A stretch of 27,238 nt of DNA from an uncultured Anaerolineae bacterium (GCA_903882765.1 CAIRYE010000026.1:1-27238); one strand, 5' to 3'; positions 18,411 to 27,238 are shown, numbered from the stretch's first letter. Notes: generated by a model from the sequence alone, not told the origin. Made by a program: numbers and translations.

Positions 18411-19040
18411 ATGAAAAATTTTATTTACCAATGTACTAATCCCAAATGCGAACTACGATTCCCTGTTCATGAAAACTCGGGGTTCAATGAACGCTGCCCT
18501 AAATGCCTCGGTAAAACAGAGCTGGTTCACACATCGGAAGCGGCACAAGAAAACCGAACCGACCGCAAGGCGCGGACAGGCAACATACTTGTTGTGATCG
18601 ACAATGTACGCTCAGCCTTTAATGTCGGCGCGATGTTACGAACAGCTGAATGCTTTGGTGTAGATACCATATATCTTTGCGGAATAACCCCGGATATTTC
18701 GGATAAAAACGTGCAAAAAGCCAGCATCGGTTCAGAACAATATTTACAAGTGATCCACAAGAATAACAGTTTGAAAACTGTACAAGAATTGATCGGGCTT
18801 GGTTATGAAATTTGGTCTTTGGAATTAGACGACAACGCTATCGATCTCACCTCGGTAAAATTAGGCGACAGGAAAATTGCGCTAATTGTCGGCAACGAAC
18901 GATGCGGTGTTGACCCAGCAATTTTAGCGCTTTCAACTCAAATCATCCAAATACCGATGTTGGGTAACAAAAACTCGCTAAATGTGGAGGTTTCTTTTGG
19001 AATCGCGATATCTACTTTAAGCACATTCCCAAGAAACTAA
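18411..19040 (+). CDS. SPOUT (TrmH/SpoU family) RNA 2'-O-methyltransferase with N-terminal Cys4 Zn-ribbon-like segment
   Basis: DNVRSAFNVGAMLRTA, LIVGNERCGV, IPMLGNKNSLNV; N-terminal C8-x4-C13...C29-x2-C32. Confidence 0.92.
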   Translation: MKNFIYQCTNPKCELRFPVHENSGFNERCPKCLGKTELVHTSEAAQENRTDRKARTGNILVVIDNVRSAFNVGAMLRTAECFGVDTIYLCGITPDISDKNVQKASIGSEQYLQVIHKNNSLKTVQELIGLGYEIWSLELDDNAIDLTSVKLGDRKIALIVGNERCGVDPAILALSTQIIQIPMLGNKNSLNVEVSFGIAISTLSTFPRN

Positions 19041-21937
19041 AACCGGGTCTGATCCAAAATTTCAACAGTGTGCAGCGCTGGTTTATTCACCCCGTCTGTA
19101 ATTTGGGTGCGGCAAGATGTTCCGGGGGAGCAAATGATCGTTTTTCGTTCTATAAAACTCTGTTTAATTGCTGGGAATAAGGTCAAATTAGCAACCCCAA
19201 GTGAGGTGGCGGCGTGTTCAACTTCATAACCAAAAGAACCAGCCATCCCGCAACAACCTGTGTTTAACACATTCACCTTGTACCCAAATTTTTCCAGAAG
19301 CAATCGAGTTGCCTCAACCCCTACCGGAACACCATCGATGGATAACGTTTGAGCCTTTTGGTGACAATGACCATGCAAAAGAACTGTGGTTTCATTACTC
19401 AACGAAGGCGTAAAGTCTAGCGTCCCAAGCACTTCCCGAAGTAGGTATTCATCAATAAAAAAGACCCTATCCGCGATCTTTTTTAAGTCCGCGAACGGAG
19501 CATCCAACACATCAAAAATCTCATCTTTAAGAATATAGACCTCCGATGGTTCCAATCCGATAATTGGCATTGTTCCTTCTGGATCAAGCGCGTTTATTTC
19601 ATCAATCAAAGATCTAACTTGGCTTTTTGCTTGCTTTAGGAAACCTTTGGAAAAGAAGGTTCTTCCCGCTCCGATCGTTTTTGTGCTGATGACTTCTACA
19701 CCAAGTCGATGCAGCAGGCTCAAAGCGCTCGCTTCTATCTGAGTATCAAAAAAGTGACTATAGGTATCAGTTACTAGAATGCATTTGGTGCGGGCTATCC
19801 TTTTTTCTTTCAAAAATGACACAGGTTTATTCATCTTTGGGAAGGCATGTTTATCAGAAATAGCGAGGGCTTTTCGAAGTGGGGAGAATTTTTCGATGGT
19901 TAACGCGGCTAGATTAAAGAGAGCTGGGAATGGAGCAAAGAGTTCAGTGAAAACTGGCAAGTACCCGAATAGGGTGTCGCGGAGGGAATGTGAATGGTCT
20001 TGGTAATAACGATCCAAGAACGCCACTTTTAATTTTGCCACATCCACCTTGCTTGGACACTCTGATTTGCAGCCCTTACAAGCAAGGCAGAGGTCGAAGG
20101 TTTCTTTTAGATCTTTGATCGAGATCTCAGTATTTTCTGAATAAATAAATTCCCGTAATAAATTTGCCCGGCCGCGAGTAGAAAAAACCTCATCCTTGGT
20201 AACTTGGAAGCTGGGACACATAACACCATCTTCTTTACGACAAACACCTTGCCCATTACATTTTTCAACAGTCCTCAGAAATCCACCGGTAGACTCAAAA
20301 TGGATAGCTGGTTCCCATAAATTTATTGCGGATTTTTGATCATTCCGCAGGTTACTATCCAGTAGAGGAGCATTTACGATCTTCTTCGGATTTAATATGC
20401 CGTAGGGATCTACAACTTGTTTAAAATCTTGCATCAATTGGAAGATCTCAGAGCCATAGGTATCCTTCACCCATTCGCCACGGGCAATTCCATCACCGTG
20501 CTCTGAGGACATCGACCCTCCAAGAGCAAAGGTCAACTTCGCTACATCGGTTGAAATATTCCGCAAGATGGTCTTGCCATTTTTCGACCGCAGATCGATG
20601 GTTGGCCGAACGTGTAAACAACCCGCCGAAGCATGGGCATAATAGGAGGCTTGCACCTGATACATTTCAAATATACGGTGGATTTCACTAACAAATTTTC
20701 CGAGATTCTCTACAGGGATAGCGCAATCTTCAATAAACGCGATCGGTCGTTCGCTGTTACTTGTTGAATCAAATAATCCAAGACCAACTTTTCTGGTCAC
20801 CCAAATATTATTCTGATCTTCACTACTTTCAGCGATGTAGATAACATCTCGCCCAACCTGACATTTTTTAAATAAGGTTGATTTATCATCCCCAGAAAAC
20901 TCCAAAACCAGAAATGCTTCTGATTCGCCATTGAAATATTTAAGGTTTTTGGAATAAGCCGGCACACTTTTTGCCAATTGGATCAAATTTTGCGGAATAA
21001 GCTCTATCGCGCTTGGATGGTGTCCTAATAAATAGGGAACGTCTTCACAAGCCGCGATGATACTTTTATAGGCGAGAATGGCGAGTACAGTGAATTTTGG
21101 CTTGTCAACAAGCTTCAATCGAGCCTGCTGAATAACACCCAATGTCCCTTCGCTGCCAGCCATGATCGGCGCAAGATTGATGGAGGATTCAGCCCCTCTG
21201 CGAGGATAGTACGGTTCTCCCCATTCCTCCGGTCGCGTAGCAGACCATGGAATGAGATAGTTCAAACGGTATCCAGCGGAATTTCTCCATGTTCTTGGTC
21301 CATTATTTTGAAAGAGTTCGCCAGCGCCTTCTTTTATATCGAAGGCGTGGTTCACAATCTTACCAAACAGGGTTTTATCGCTCTGCCGAACGGCTACTTC
21401 TCCCCAACTAGCGGAGGTACCATCTGATTGGAGCACCTGACAGGAGACCAAATGATCCGCTGTCATCCCGTAACGAATGGAATGTGCCCCTGTAGCGTTG
21501 TTCCCGATTACTCCGCCAAGAGTTGCCCGTTCACTGGATGCTGGGTCGGGCCCAAACATAAGGCCGAATTTCGCCGCTTGCTTGTTCAAATGCGCCAGAA
21601 TTAACCCTGGTTCTACTACAACTTCTTTTCTTTCCACATCGATCGAGCCGACCATGTGATTCAAATATTTCGAATGGTCTACGATGATCGCTTCGCCAAT
21701 AGCCTGGCCAGCCAAAGAACTTCCCGAGCCACGGGGCAGGATGGGCAGCCGATACTTTGCCGCAAACTCCACCGCCGCGATCAGGTCTTCTTGTGTCCTT
21801 GGAATCAAAACAGCATGGGGCATGAACTGATAGATTGAGGCATCGGTGCTGTACAGATGCCTTGTTACCGGGTCTACCTTAATTTCACCCGAAAAGTTCT
21901 TTTTGAGGTCATTGGTAAAGTCGACAATGTTTTGCAT
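19037..21937 (-). CDS. FAD-binding and 4Fe-4S/CCG-domain oxidoreductase (GlcD-GlcF fusion, YdiJ-like 2-hydroxyacid dehydrogenase family)
   Basis: YSTDAS, PRGSGSSLAGQ, PDPAS, GSEGTLG, AHASAGCLHVRP, SEHGDG, CNGQGVC...CPS, CLACKGCKSECP, HGHCHQ, CCGMAGSFG, GTSCRTQI. Confidence 0.93.
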   Translation of the reverse strand: MQNIVDFTNDLKKNFSGEIKVDPVTRHLYSTDASIYQFMPHAVLIPRTQEDLIAAVEFAAKYRLPILPRGSGSSLAGQAIGEAIIVDHSKYLNHMVGSIDVERKEVVVEPGLILAHLNKQAAKFGLMFGPDPASSERATLGGVIGNNATGAHSIRYGMTADHLVSCQVLQSDGTSASWGEVAVRQSDKTLFGKIVNHAFDIKEGAGELFQNNGPRTWRNSAGYRLNYLIPWSATRPEEWGEPYYPRRGAESSINLAPIMAGSEGTLGVIQQARLKLVDKPKFTVLAILAYKSIIAACEDVPYLLGHHPSAIELIPQNLIQLAKSVPAYSKNLKYFNGESEAFLVLEFSGDDKSTLFKKCQVGRDVIYIAESSEDQNNIWVTRKVGLGLFDSTSNSERPIAFIEDCAIPVENLGKFVSEIHRIFEMYQVQASYYAHASAGCLHVRPTIDLRSKNGKTILRNISTDVAKLTFALGGSMSSEHGDGIARGEWVKDTYGSEIFQLMQDFKQVVDPYGILNPKKIVNAPLLDSNLRNDQKSAINLWEPAIHFESTGGFLRTVEKCNGQGVCRKEDGVMCPSFQVTKDEVFSTRGRANLLREFIYSENTEISIKDLKETFDLCLACKGCKSECPSKVDVAKLKVAFLDRYYQDHSHSLRDTLFGYLPVFTELFAPFPALFNLAALTIEKFSPLRKALAISDKHAFPKMNKPVSFLKEKRIARTKCILVTDTYSHFFDTQIEASALSLLHRLGVEVISTKTIGAGRTFFSKGFLKQAKSQVRSLIDEINALDPEGTMPIIGLEPSEVYILKDEIFDVLDAPFADLKKIADRVFFIDEYLLREVLGTLDFTPSLSNETTVLLHGHCHQKAQTLSIDGVPVGVEATRLLLEKFGYKVNVLNTGCCGMAGSFGYEVEHAATSLGVANLTLFPAIKQSFIERKTIICSPGTSCRTQITDGVNKPALHTVEILDQTRF

Positions 21938-21943
21938 ACTAAA

Positions 21944-21949
21944 ATTATA
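21944..21949 (-). promoter_or_regulatory. -10 box 6 nt upstream of ATG (probable leaderless promoter)
   Basis: TATAAT-TTTAGT-ATG on the minus strand, no SD. Confidence 0.6.
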
Positions 21950-21952
21950 AAC

Positions 21953-21982
21953 AAAAAACTCCCCATTGTTTGGATGGGGAGT
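21953..21982 (-). terminator. Intrinsic terminator after gpmA
   Basis: Minus strand ACTCCCCAT / CCAAACA / ATGGGGAGT followed by TTTTTGTTT. Confidence 0.85.
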
Positions 21983-22001
21983 GATGTTGATGACGATTCG
22001 A

Positions 22002-22760
22002 TTACTTTTTTGCGGAAGCTTGGGACGCGACCGAAGCTACAGCCTGAGCGATCGCTTCTTCATTTCCAAGGTAGTAGTGTTTAATCGGTTTTAGGTCCGC
22101 GTCTAACTCATAGACTAAGGGGACACCAGTTGGAATATTGAGTTCGGTAATTTCAGAATCGGGGATGTTATCGAGGTACTTTACCAGTGCCCGCAAACTA
22201 TTGCCGTGGGCGGCTACAAGTACTTTTTTGCCGCTTTTGATCATAGGAGCTATTGTAGAGTGCCAATAGGGTAAAACACGATCCAGAGTAATTTTTAATG
22301 ATTCAGTGGCGGGAAGATCTTTAGCGGCTACTTCGGCATAACGGCGATCAAATTTAGGGTGCCGGGCATCGGTTTCTTCGAGGGCGGGTGGGGGTACATC
22401 ATAACTGCGTCGCCAGATCTTAACCTGATCTTCTCCGAAGCGCTCCGCCATTTCAGCTTTATTCAAACCTTGCAAATCTCCATAATGGCGTTCATTTAAT
22501 TGCCAAGCTCGAACAACAGGGATCCAATCCAAATTCATATTGTCCTGAACGATGCCTAAGGTTTTGATGGCTCTTTTTAAAACGGAGGTATAGGCGATAT
22601 CGAATTCGAAATTGTTTTGTTTTAGCACAATTCCAGCCTGACGAGCTTCTTCACGACCAAGATCAGAGAGGTCCACATCGGTCCAGCCGGTAAATTTATT
22701 TTCCAAATTCCAAGTGCTTTGTCCATGGCGAACAAGGACTAATATGTATTTTGCTTCCAT
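22002..22760 (-). CDS. gpmA: 2,3-bisphosphoglycerate-dependent phosphoglycerate mutase
   Basis: RHGQS.WN, FTGW, LNERHYG.LQG, WRRSYD.PPP, AHGNSLR; GGAG SD before ATG 22760. Confidence 0.97.
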   Translation of the reverse strand: MEAKYILVLVRHGQSTWNLENKFTGWTDVDLSDLGREEARQAGIVLKQNNFEFDIAYTSVLKRAIKTLGIVQDNMNLDWIPVVRAWQLNERHYGDLQGLNKAEMAERFGEDQVKIWRRSYDVPPPALEETDARHPKFDRRYAEVAAKDLPATESLKITLDRVLPYWHSTIAPMIKSGKKVLVAAHGNSLRALVKYLDNIPDSEITELNIPTGVPLVYELDADLKPIKHYYLGNEEAIAQAVASVASQASAKK

Positions 22761-22780
22761 TTCAAACTCCAATAACAGTT

Positions 22781-22810
22781 TTTATAATTTTTTTGATAAC
22801 TATTCGTCAA
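22781..22810 (-). promoter_or_regulatory. Sigma70-type promoter for gpmA
   Basis: TTGACG (22810-22805), 18 nt, TATAAA (22786-22781). Confidence 0.6.
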
Positions 22811-22867
22811 ACAAGATTTCTAAGGTATGAAATAAAATTTGAACTATTTATCGGGCAAATTATATCC

Positions 22868-22873
22868 TATAAT
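22868..22873 (+). promoter_or_regulatory. -10 box 10 nt upstream of the likely mutS start
   Basis: TATAAT-AGAAAACACT-ATG, no SD. Confidence 0.5.
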
Positions 22874-22883
22874 AGAAAACACT

Positions 22884-25442
22884 ATGTCTACTGAAGATGT
22901 GACACCGGTTCGACAGCAATACTTAGATCTCAAAAAACAATATCCCAATACCATTCTATTTTTTCGTTTAGGTGATTTTTACGAAACCTTTGATGAGGAT
23001 GCAGAAACAGTTTCAAGGGATTTAGATATCGTTTTAACTTCGCGGCCGATCGGTAATGGGGTTAGAGCTCCCCTGGCAGGAATTCCATATCACGCCGTTG
23101 ATAATTACCTTTCGCGGCTAATTTCAAAAGGTCACCATGTTGCGATAGCGGAACAATTAGGCGATCAACCCCAAAAAGGAATATTTCCACGTAAAGTCGT
23201 TCGGGTTATTACTCCCGGTACCGTCCTTGATCCGCATTTGTTGCCCGGCGATTCTAACAATTATCTTTGCTCTGTTTATGTTTTTAATTACAAATTTTCC
23301 ATCGCCACCGTGGATATTTCGACCGGGGAATTTTTGGTTACCGAAGGCCCTTTGGAGAATGATTCAACCATTCGGTCAGAGATCAACAGAATTAATCCGG
23401 CAGAAATCATTCTTCCTGAAGGACAGACCCTCCCGGATGGGATCATTGTCCATACCTCAATCCTTCCGGCATGGCGTTTCGATAACGGAAAGTGCAAGAA
23501 CACCATCCTCGCGCATTTTAATATTTCTGAATTAGCAGGGTTTGGAATTTCACCTTCCTCTCCCTCAATCAACTCAGTCGGCGCTATCCTCCAATATGTT
23601 TCCGAAAATGAGCCGAGCGCGATCAAATTATTGACGGACATTCGTGTTTATCACCTCAATGAATTTATGGTTCTCGACAGCCAGACCCGGAAAAACTTAG
23701 AATTAACTGAAAGCCTTCGTGGAGAAGCGAAAGGGTCCTTGCTCGAACTGATCGATCTGACAGTTTCACCTATGGGAAAGCGGCTGATTCGGCAATGGAT
23801 ATCTCAACCTCTTCTTGATATCAATCAGATACAGGTTCGACAAGATGGGGTTCATTTTTTTTTCAATTCAGGATTACTACGCGCTGAAGTGAGGGCCATC
23901 CTAAAAAAAATGGCCGATATCGAACGGTTGATCAACAAAGTAGCCTCCGGCAATATTTTGCCACGCGAGTTAATTAAGCTACGCGATACATTAGAGGTTT
24001 TGCCGGAGCTTAAAAGGAGCTTGGGACCACATAACCAGATCCTTGAATCAGATTTTTCTAAGATACATCCTTTCGAAACGGAAATGCTCCTCCTCAATCG
24101 ATCGATCTCTGATGACGCACCCGCCACTATGCAAAACACCGGTATTATCAAGCCTGGCTTCTCCACTGAGTTAGACAACATTTTAGACGCGTCCTCACAC
24201 GCCAGAAATTGGATCAACTCGCTTGAAGCTACCGAAAGAGAACGGACGGGGATCAAAACCCTAAAAGTTGGTTACAACAAAGTTTTCGGATACTACCTGG
24301 AAATTTCCGCTGGACAATCCCAAAACGCGCCAACAGAATACATACGCAAACAAACTTTGGTAAACGCGGAACGTTATATTACTCCTGAAATGAAGGAGTA
24401 TGAAACTCTCATCCTAAACGCCGATGACCGCATCAGGGAGATCGAAGGGAGATTATTCAAGGACATTTGCCAATCACTCTCCTCCAGAATAAAAGAATTT
24501 CTCGAAACCGCCAGGGCGATCGCTCACCTCGATTGCCTTTCCACGATCGCTGAAACATCCGCGAACAATGGCTTTGTGCGGCCAGATATAATCGCGGAGG
24601 ATGTTCTCGAGATCATCGATGGCCGGCATCCTGTTGTGGAAAAGAATCTACTCAACGGTCGCTATGTTCCAAACGATATCGTCTTCGAGCCATGTGAACG
24701 AATTCGATTGCTTACCGGGCCAAATATGGCAGGAAAATCAACGTATTTACGGCAAGCGGCTATCATTGTGCTTATGGCGCAAATGGGTTGTTTTGTGCCA
24801 GCTTCATCCGCCAGGATCGGACTCGTAGATCGTATCTTCACCCGTATAGGGGCACAAGACGAGATCCATTCAGGTCATTCAACTTTTATGGTTGAAATGA
24901 TCGAGACCTCCAACATTTTACACAATGCCACCGAGCGTTCCCTGATCATTCTCGATGAAGTTGGTCGTGGAACGAGTACGTATGATGGTGTATCCATTGC
25001 TTGGTCGGTGATCGAATATATTCACAATCACCCATCCCTGCGTTCTAAAACATTATTTGCCACCCATTACCACGAGCTTACCCAATTATCTGAAAAACTT
25101 CCGGGTTTACGAAACTACAATGTTGCCGTTTCCGAAACCGACGGGAAAGTGGTCTTTCTTCACAAGATCATTGAAGGCGGTGCGGATAAATCCTACGGCA
25201 TCCACGTTGCCCAATTAGCTGGGTTGCCGCGTGTCGTTATTACCAGAGCCGAAGAGATCCTGATCGATTTAGAGAAAAATTCTGGCACTACTAAGAAGAA
25301 TCCACTTTCAGCCCAACAAGTTGCCTTATTTCCAGAAACAAATCCGCTGGTCGAAGAAATTCGCCAGCTTGATATCAATACGTTATCACCCATTGAAGCT
25401 CTGAACAAGATCTTTGAATGGAAAAAAGACCTCTCGAAATAA
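22884..25442 (+). CDS. mutS: DNA mismatch repair protein MutS1
   Basis: TPVRQQY, FFRLGDFYETF mismatch-recognition motif, GPNMAGKST, IFTRIGA, STFMVEM, DEVGRGTS, FATHYHEL, SYGIHVAQLAG; ATG at 22884 preferred over TTG 22839. Confidence 0.97.
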   Translation: MSTEDVTPVRQQYLDLKKQYPNTILFFRLGDFYETFDEDAETVSRDLDIVLTSRPIGNGVRAPLAGIPYHAVDNYLSRLISKGHHVAIAEQLGDQPQKGIFPRKVVRVITPGTVLDPHLLPGDSNNYLCSVYVFNYKFSIATVDISTGEFLVTEGPLENDSTIRSEINRINPAEIILPEGQTLPDGIIVHTSILPAWRFDNGKCKNTILAHFNISELAGFGISPSSPSINSVGAILQYVSENEPSAIKLLTDIRVYHLNEFMVLDSQTRKNLELTESLRGEAKGSLLELIDLTVSPMGKRLIRQWISQPLLDINQIQVRQDGVHFFFNSGLLRAEVRAILKKMADIERLINKVASGNILPRELIKLRDTLEVLPELKRSLGPHNQILESDFSKIHPFETEMLLLNRSISDDAPATMQNTGIIKPGFSTELDNILDASSHARNWINSLEATERERTGIKTLKVGYNKVFGYYLEISAGQSQNAPTEYIRKQTLVNAERYITPEMKEYETLILNADDRIREIEGRLFKDICQSLSSRIKEFLETARAIAHLDCLSTIAETSANNGFVRPDIIAEDVLEIIDGRHPVVEKNLLNGRYVPNDIVFEPCERIRLLTGPNMAGKSTYLRQAAIIVLMAQMGCFVPASSARIGLVDRIFTRIGAQDEIHSGHSTFMVEMIETSNILHNATERSLIILDEVGRGTSTYDGVSIAWSVIEYIHNHPSLRSKTLFATHYHELTQLSEKLPGLRNYNVAVSETDGKVVFLHKIIEGGADKSYGIHVAQLAGLPRVVITRAEEILIDLEKNSGTTKKNPLSAQQVALFPETNPLVEEIRQLDINTLSPIEALNKIFEWKKDLSK

Positions 25443-25446
25443 AAAT

Positions 25447-25474
25447 AACCGCAGAATTTATTCTGCGGTTTTTT
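25447..25474. terminator. Bidirectional intrinsic terminator between mutS and the pyrophosphatase gene
   Basis: AACCGCAGAA / TTTA / TTCTGCGGTT + TTTT, with an A-rich tract on the other side. Confidence 0.88.
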
Positions 25475-25491
25475 GTTGACGAAATAAAATC

Positions 25492-27238
25492 TTATAACTG
25501 GGGTGTTTGCGCTTTCGATCTAGCGATCGCCCATACGAGCAAACCAATAAGCGCTAAGGCGACAACCCATATCACAACCAACTCAATGCCTTGAGCGTTG
25601 GAATATTGAACAACGATCGGGGCAATAATCACTGATACTAAGTTGACCACTTTGATCATCGGGTTGAGCGCTGGGCCCGCGGTATCCTTGAAAGGATCAC
25701 CAACGGTATCACCAACAACAGAAGCCTTATGACGTTCTGAACCTTTACCGGTATTGTTCGCGGGATTTTTTGGTTCGTCCTCGATCAATTTCTTAGCATT
25801 ATCCCAAGCTCCACCGGAGTTGTTTAGGAATACAGCCAAGAGTTGTCCTGAAACGATGATACCCGCCAGGAAACCGCCTAAAGCCTCAACCTGTAAAGTA
25901 AGACCAACCACAATTGGGGTAACGATGCCAAGAAGAGCCAAACCAACCAATTCTTTTTGAGCGGCAGTGGTTGAGATCTCAACAGCCTTCGCGTAATCCG
26001 GCTTTACTAAACCTTCCAATACACCCAACTTGAACTGCCTGCGGGATTCTTGAACGATCAAAGCGGCGGCTCGGCTAACAGCTTGGATGGCGAAGGAGGA
26101 GAACAACCACGGTAACGCTCCACCGATCAACATACCTACGAATACTTGGGGAATATCAACACGAATACCAATATTTTGGATCTGGTGAGCAACATCGATC
26201 CCATTTAATGCTTGGGCGCGGCTTACATCAACCATAAAGGAGCCAAAAAGGGAAACAGCCGCGATCACCGCTGAACCGATAGCGACACCCTTCGTAATGG
26301 CTTTGGTCGTGTTACCAACCGCATCCAGATCGGACATGATCTGCTGGGCCTTCTTTGTTTCAGGATCTTCCATGCCAGACCAAGACATTTCGCCGATACC
26401 ATTCGCGTTATCAGCGATCGGGCCAAAGGAATCCATAGCCACATTGTTACCAGTGAGGGTTAACATACCAATACCGGTCATTGCTACACCGTATAGGATG
26501 TAAGAAATTCGTTGAGCGGCCGTAACGTCAGGAATGGTACCCATGATGAAAATGGAAGCCATGATAGTTACAGCTATTACCAAAACAGACCATACAGAAG
26601 ATTCAAACCCAACAGAAATACCCTGAAGGATCAACGTAGCTGGGCCAGTATCAGCAGCCTTTTTAATTTCTTGGACTGGTGAAGTGTGAGTACCAGTAAA
26701 ATATTCGGTCAAACGGTCGATCAGGATAGCAAGTAGAACACCTACCGCAACCGTGGTCGGGGTTCGCCACCAACCGCCAAACGCGTCCATTTCTGGTTTG
26801 TTCATATAAACATAACCAGCAATGAAGAACAAAGCCGCGGAGATTGCGGCTGAACTTAAGAAACCTTTGAAAATGGCCGCCATCGCGTCTTCATTTTTAC
26901 CGGGCTCACTTTTTACTACGTAAGTACCAATAATGGAGGATAAAACACCAATGCCTCGAACGATCAATGGGAAAATGATCCATTCAAGACGACCGGTGAA
27001 ATGATACAGAGATAAACCTAGGATCAAACCGGAAACGATAGTTACTTCGTACGATTCGAAAATATCAGCAGCCATACCAGCACAGTCACCAACATTGTCA
27101 CCAACAAGGTCAGCAATAACGGCGGGGTTTCGAGGATCATCTTCAGGAATGCCAGCTTCAACCTTACCAACAAGATCGGCGCCAACATCAGCTGCTTTGG
27201 TAAAAATACCACCGCCTACTCGCATAAAGAGGGCAAGG
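25492..27238 (-). CDS. hppA: Membrane-bound H+-translocating pyrophosphatase, K+-independent type (5' end outside window)
   Basis: GGGIFTKAADVGADLVGKVEAGIPEDDPRNP, DLVGDNVGD, DSFGPIADNA, GNTTKA, GGAWDNAKK, GDTVGDPFKDTAGP; the frame is open to the window edge. Confidence 0.96.
   Translation of the reverse strand, partial: LALFMRVGGGIFTKAADVGADLVGKVEAGIPEDDPRNPAVIADLVGDNVGDCAGMAADIFESYEVTIVSGLILGLSLYHFTGRLEWIIFPLIVRGIGVLSSIIGTYVVKSEPGKNEDAMAAIFKGFLSSAAISAALFFIAGYVYMNKPEMDAFGGWWRTPTTVAVGVLLAILIDRLTEYFTGTHTSPVQEIKKAADTGPATLILQGISVGFESSVWSVLVIAVTIMASIFIMGTIPDVTAAQRISYILYGVAMTGIGMLTLTGNNVAMDSFGPIADNANGIGEMSWSGMEDPETKKAQQIMSDLDAVGNTTKAITKGVAIGSAVIAAVSLFGSFMVDVSRAQALNGIDVAHQIQNIGIRVDIPQVFVGMLIGGALPWLFSSFAIQAVSRAAALIVQESRRQFKLGVLEGLVKPDYAKAVEISTTAAQKELVGLALLGIVTPIVVGLTLQVEALGGFLAGIIVSGQLLAVFLNNSGGAWDNAKKLIEDEPKNPANNTGKGSERHKASVVGDTVGDPFKDTAGPALNPMIKVVNLVSVIIAPIVVQYSNAQGIELVVIWVVALALIGLLVWAIARSKAQTPQL

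Noticed and set aside
153-26503. The many 60-145 aa alternative-frame ORFs in the track (e.g. 3109-3543, 13208-13624, 23852-24256)
   Set aside because: All lie within or antisense to well-supported genes and read like shadow ORFs with no domain signal.
1-27238. CRISPR arrays, IS elements, tandem repeats, defence or toxin-antitoxin genes
   Set aside because: None seen; all intergenic gaps are short and explained by promoters, terminators or the tRNA.

Overview
Gene-dense, low-GC (about 43% by eye) core-genome window from a bacterium; the gene set and protein style suggest Chloroflexota/Anaerolineae (inference). It encodes an EamA transporter, malQ-glgA (glycogen), tRNA-His directly behind hisS, a SAM-methyltransferase + PIG-L deacetylase pair, and a sufC-sufB-sufD-orf122-sufS-sufU-Rieske operon. 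It continues with an IMPDH/GMPR-family CBS protein, a CAP-LysM surface protein, an ADP-forming acyl-CoA ligase-GNAT fusion, a Zn-ribbon SPOUT methyltransferase, an FAD/Fe-S oxidoreductase, gpmA, mutS and a 5'-truncated K+-independent membrane pyrophosphatase. I saw no mobile elements, CRISPR arrays or defence islands. Best leads: (1) the apparent guaB lacks IMPDH flap signatures and resembles kinetoplastid-type CBS-domain GMP reductase; (2) a 13-bp anti-Shine-Dalgarno helix straddles a perfect consensus promoter in front of sufC; (3) an uncharacterised SH3/Tudor-like protein sits inside the suf operon; (4) the ACD-GNAT fusion keeps both phospho-His but has Arg at the GNAT catalytic Glu position; (5) GATC/CGATCG/GCGATCGC words are enriched in a HIP1-like way. 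All motif counts and alignments were done by eye, and comparisons to other proteins are from memory and need database confirmation.
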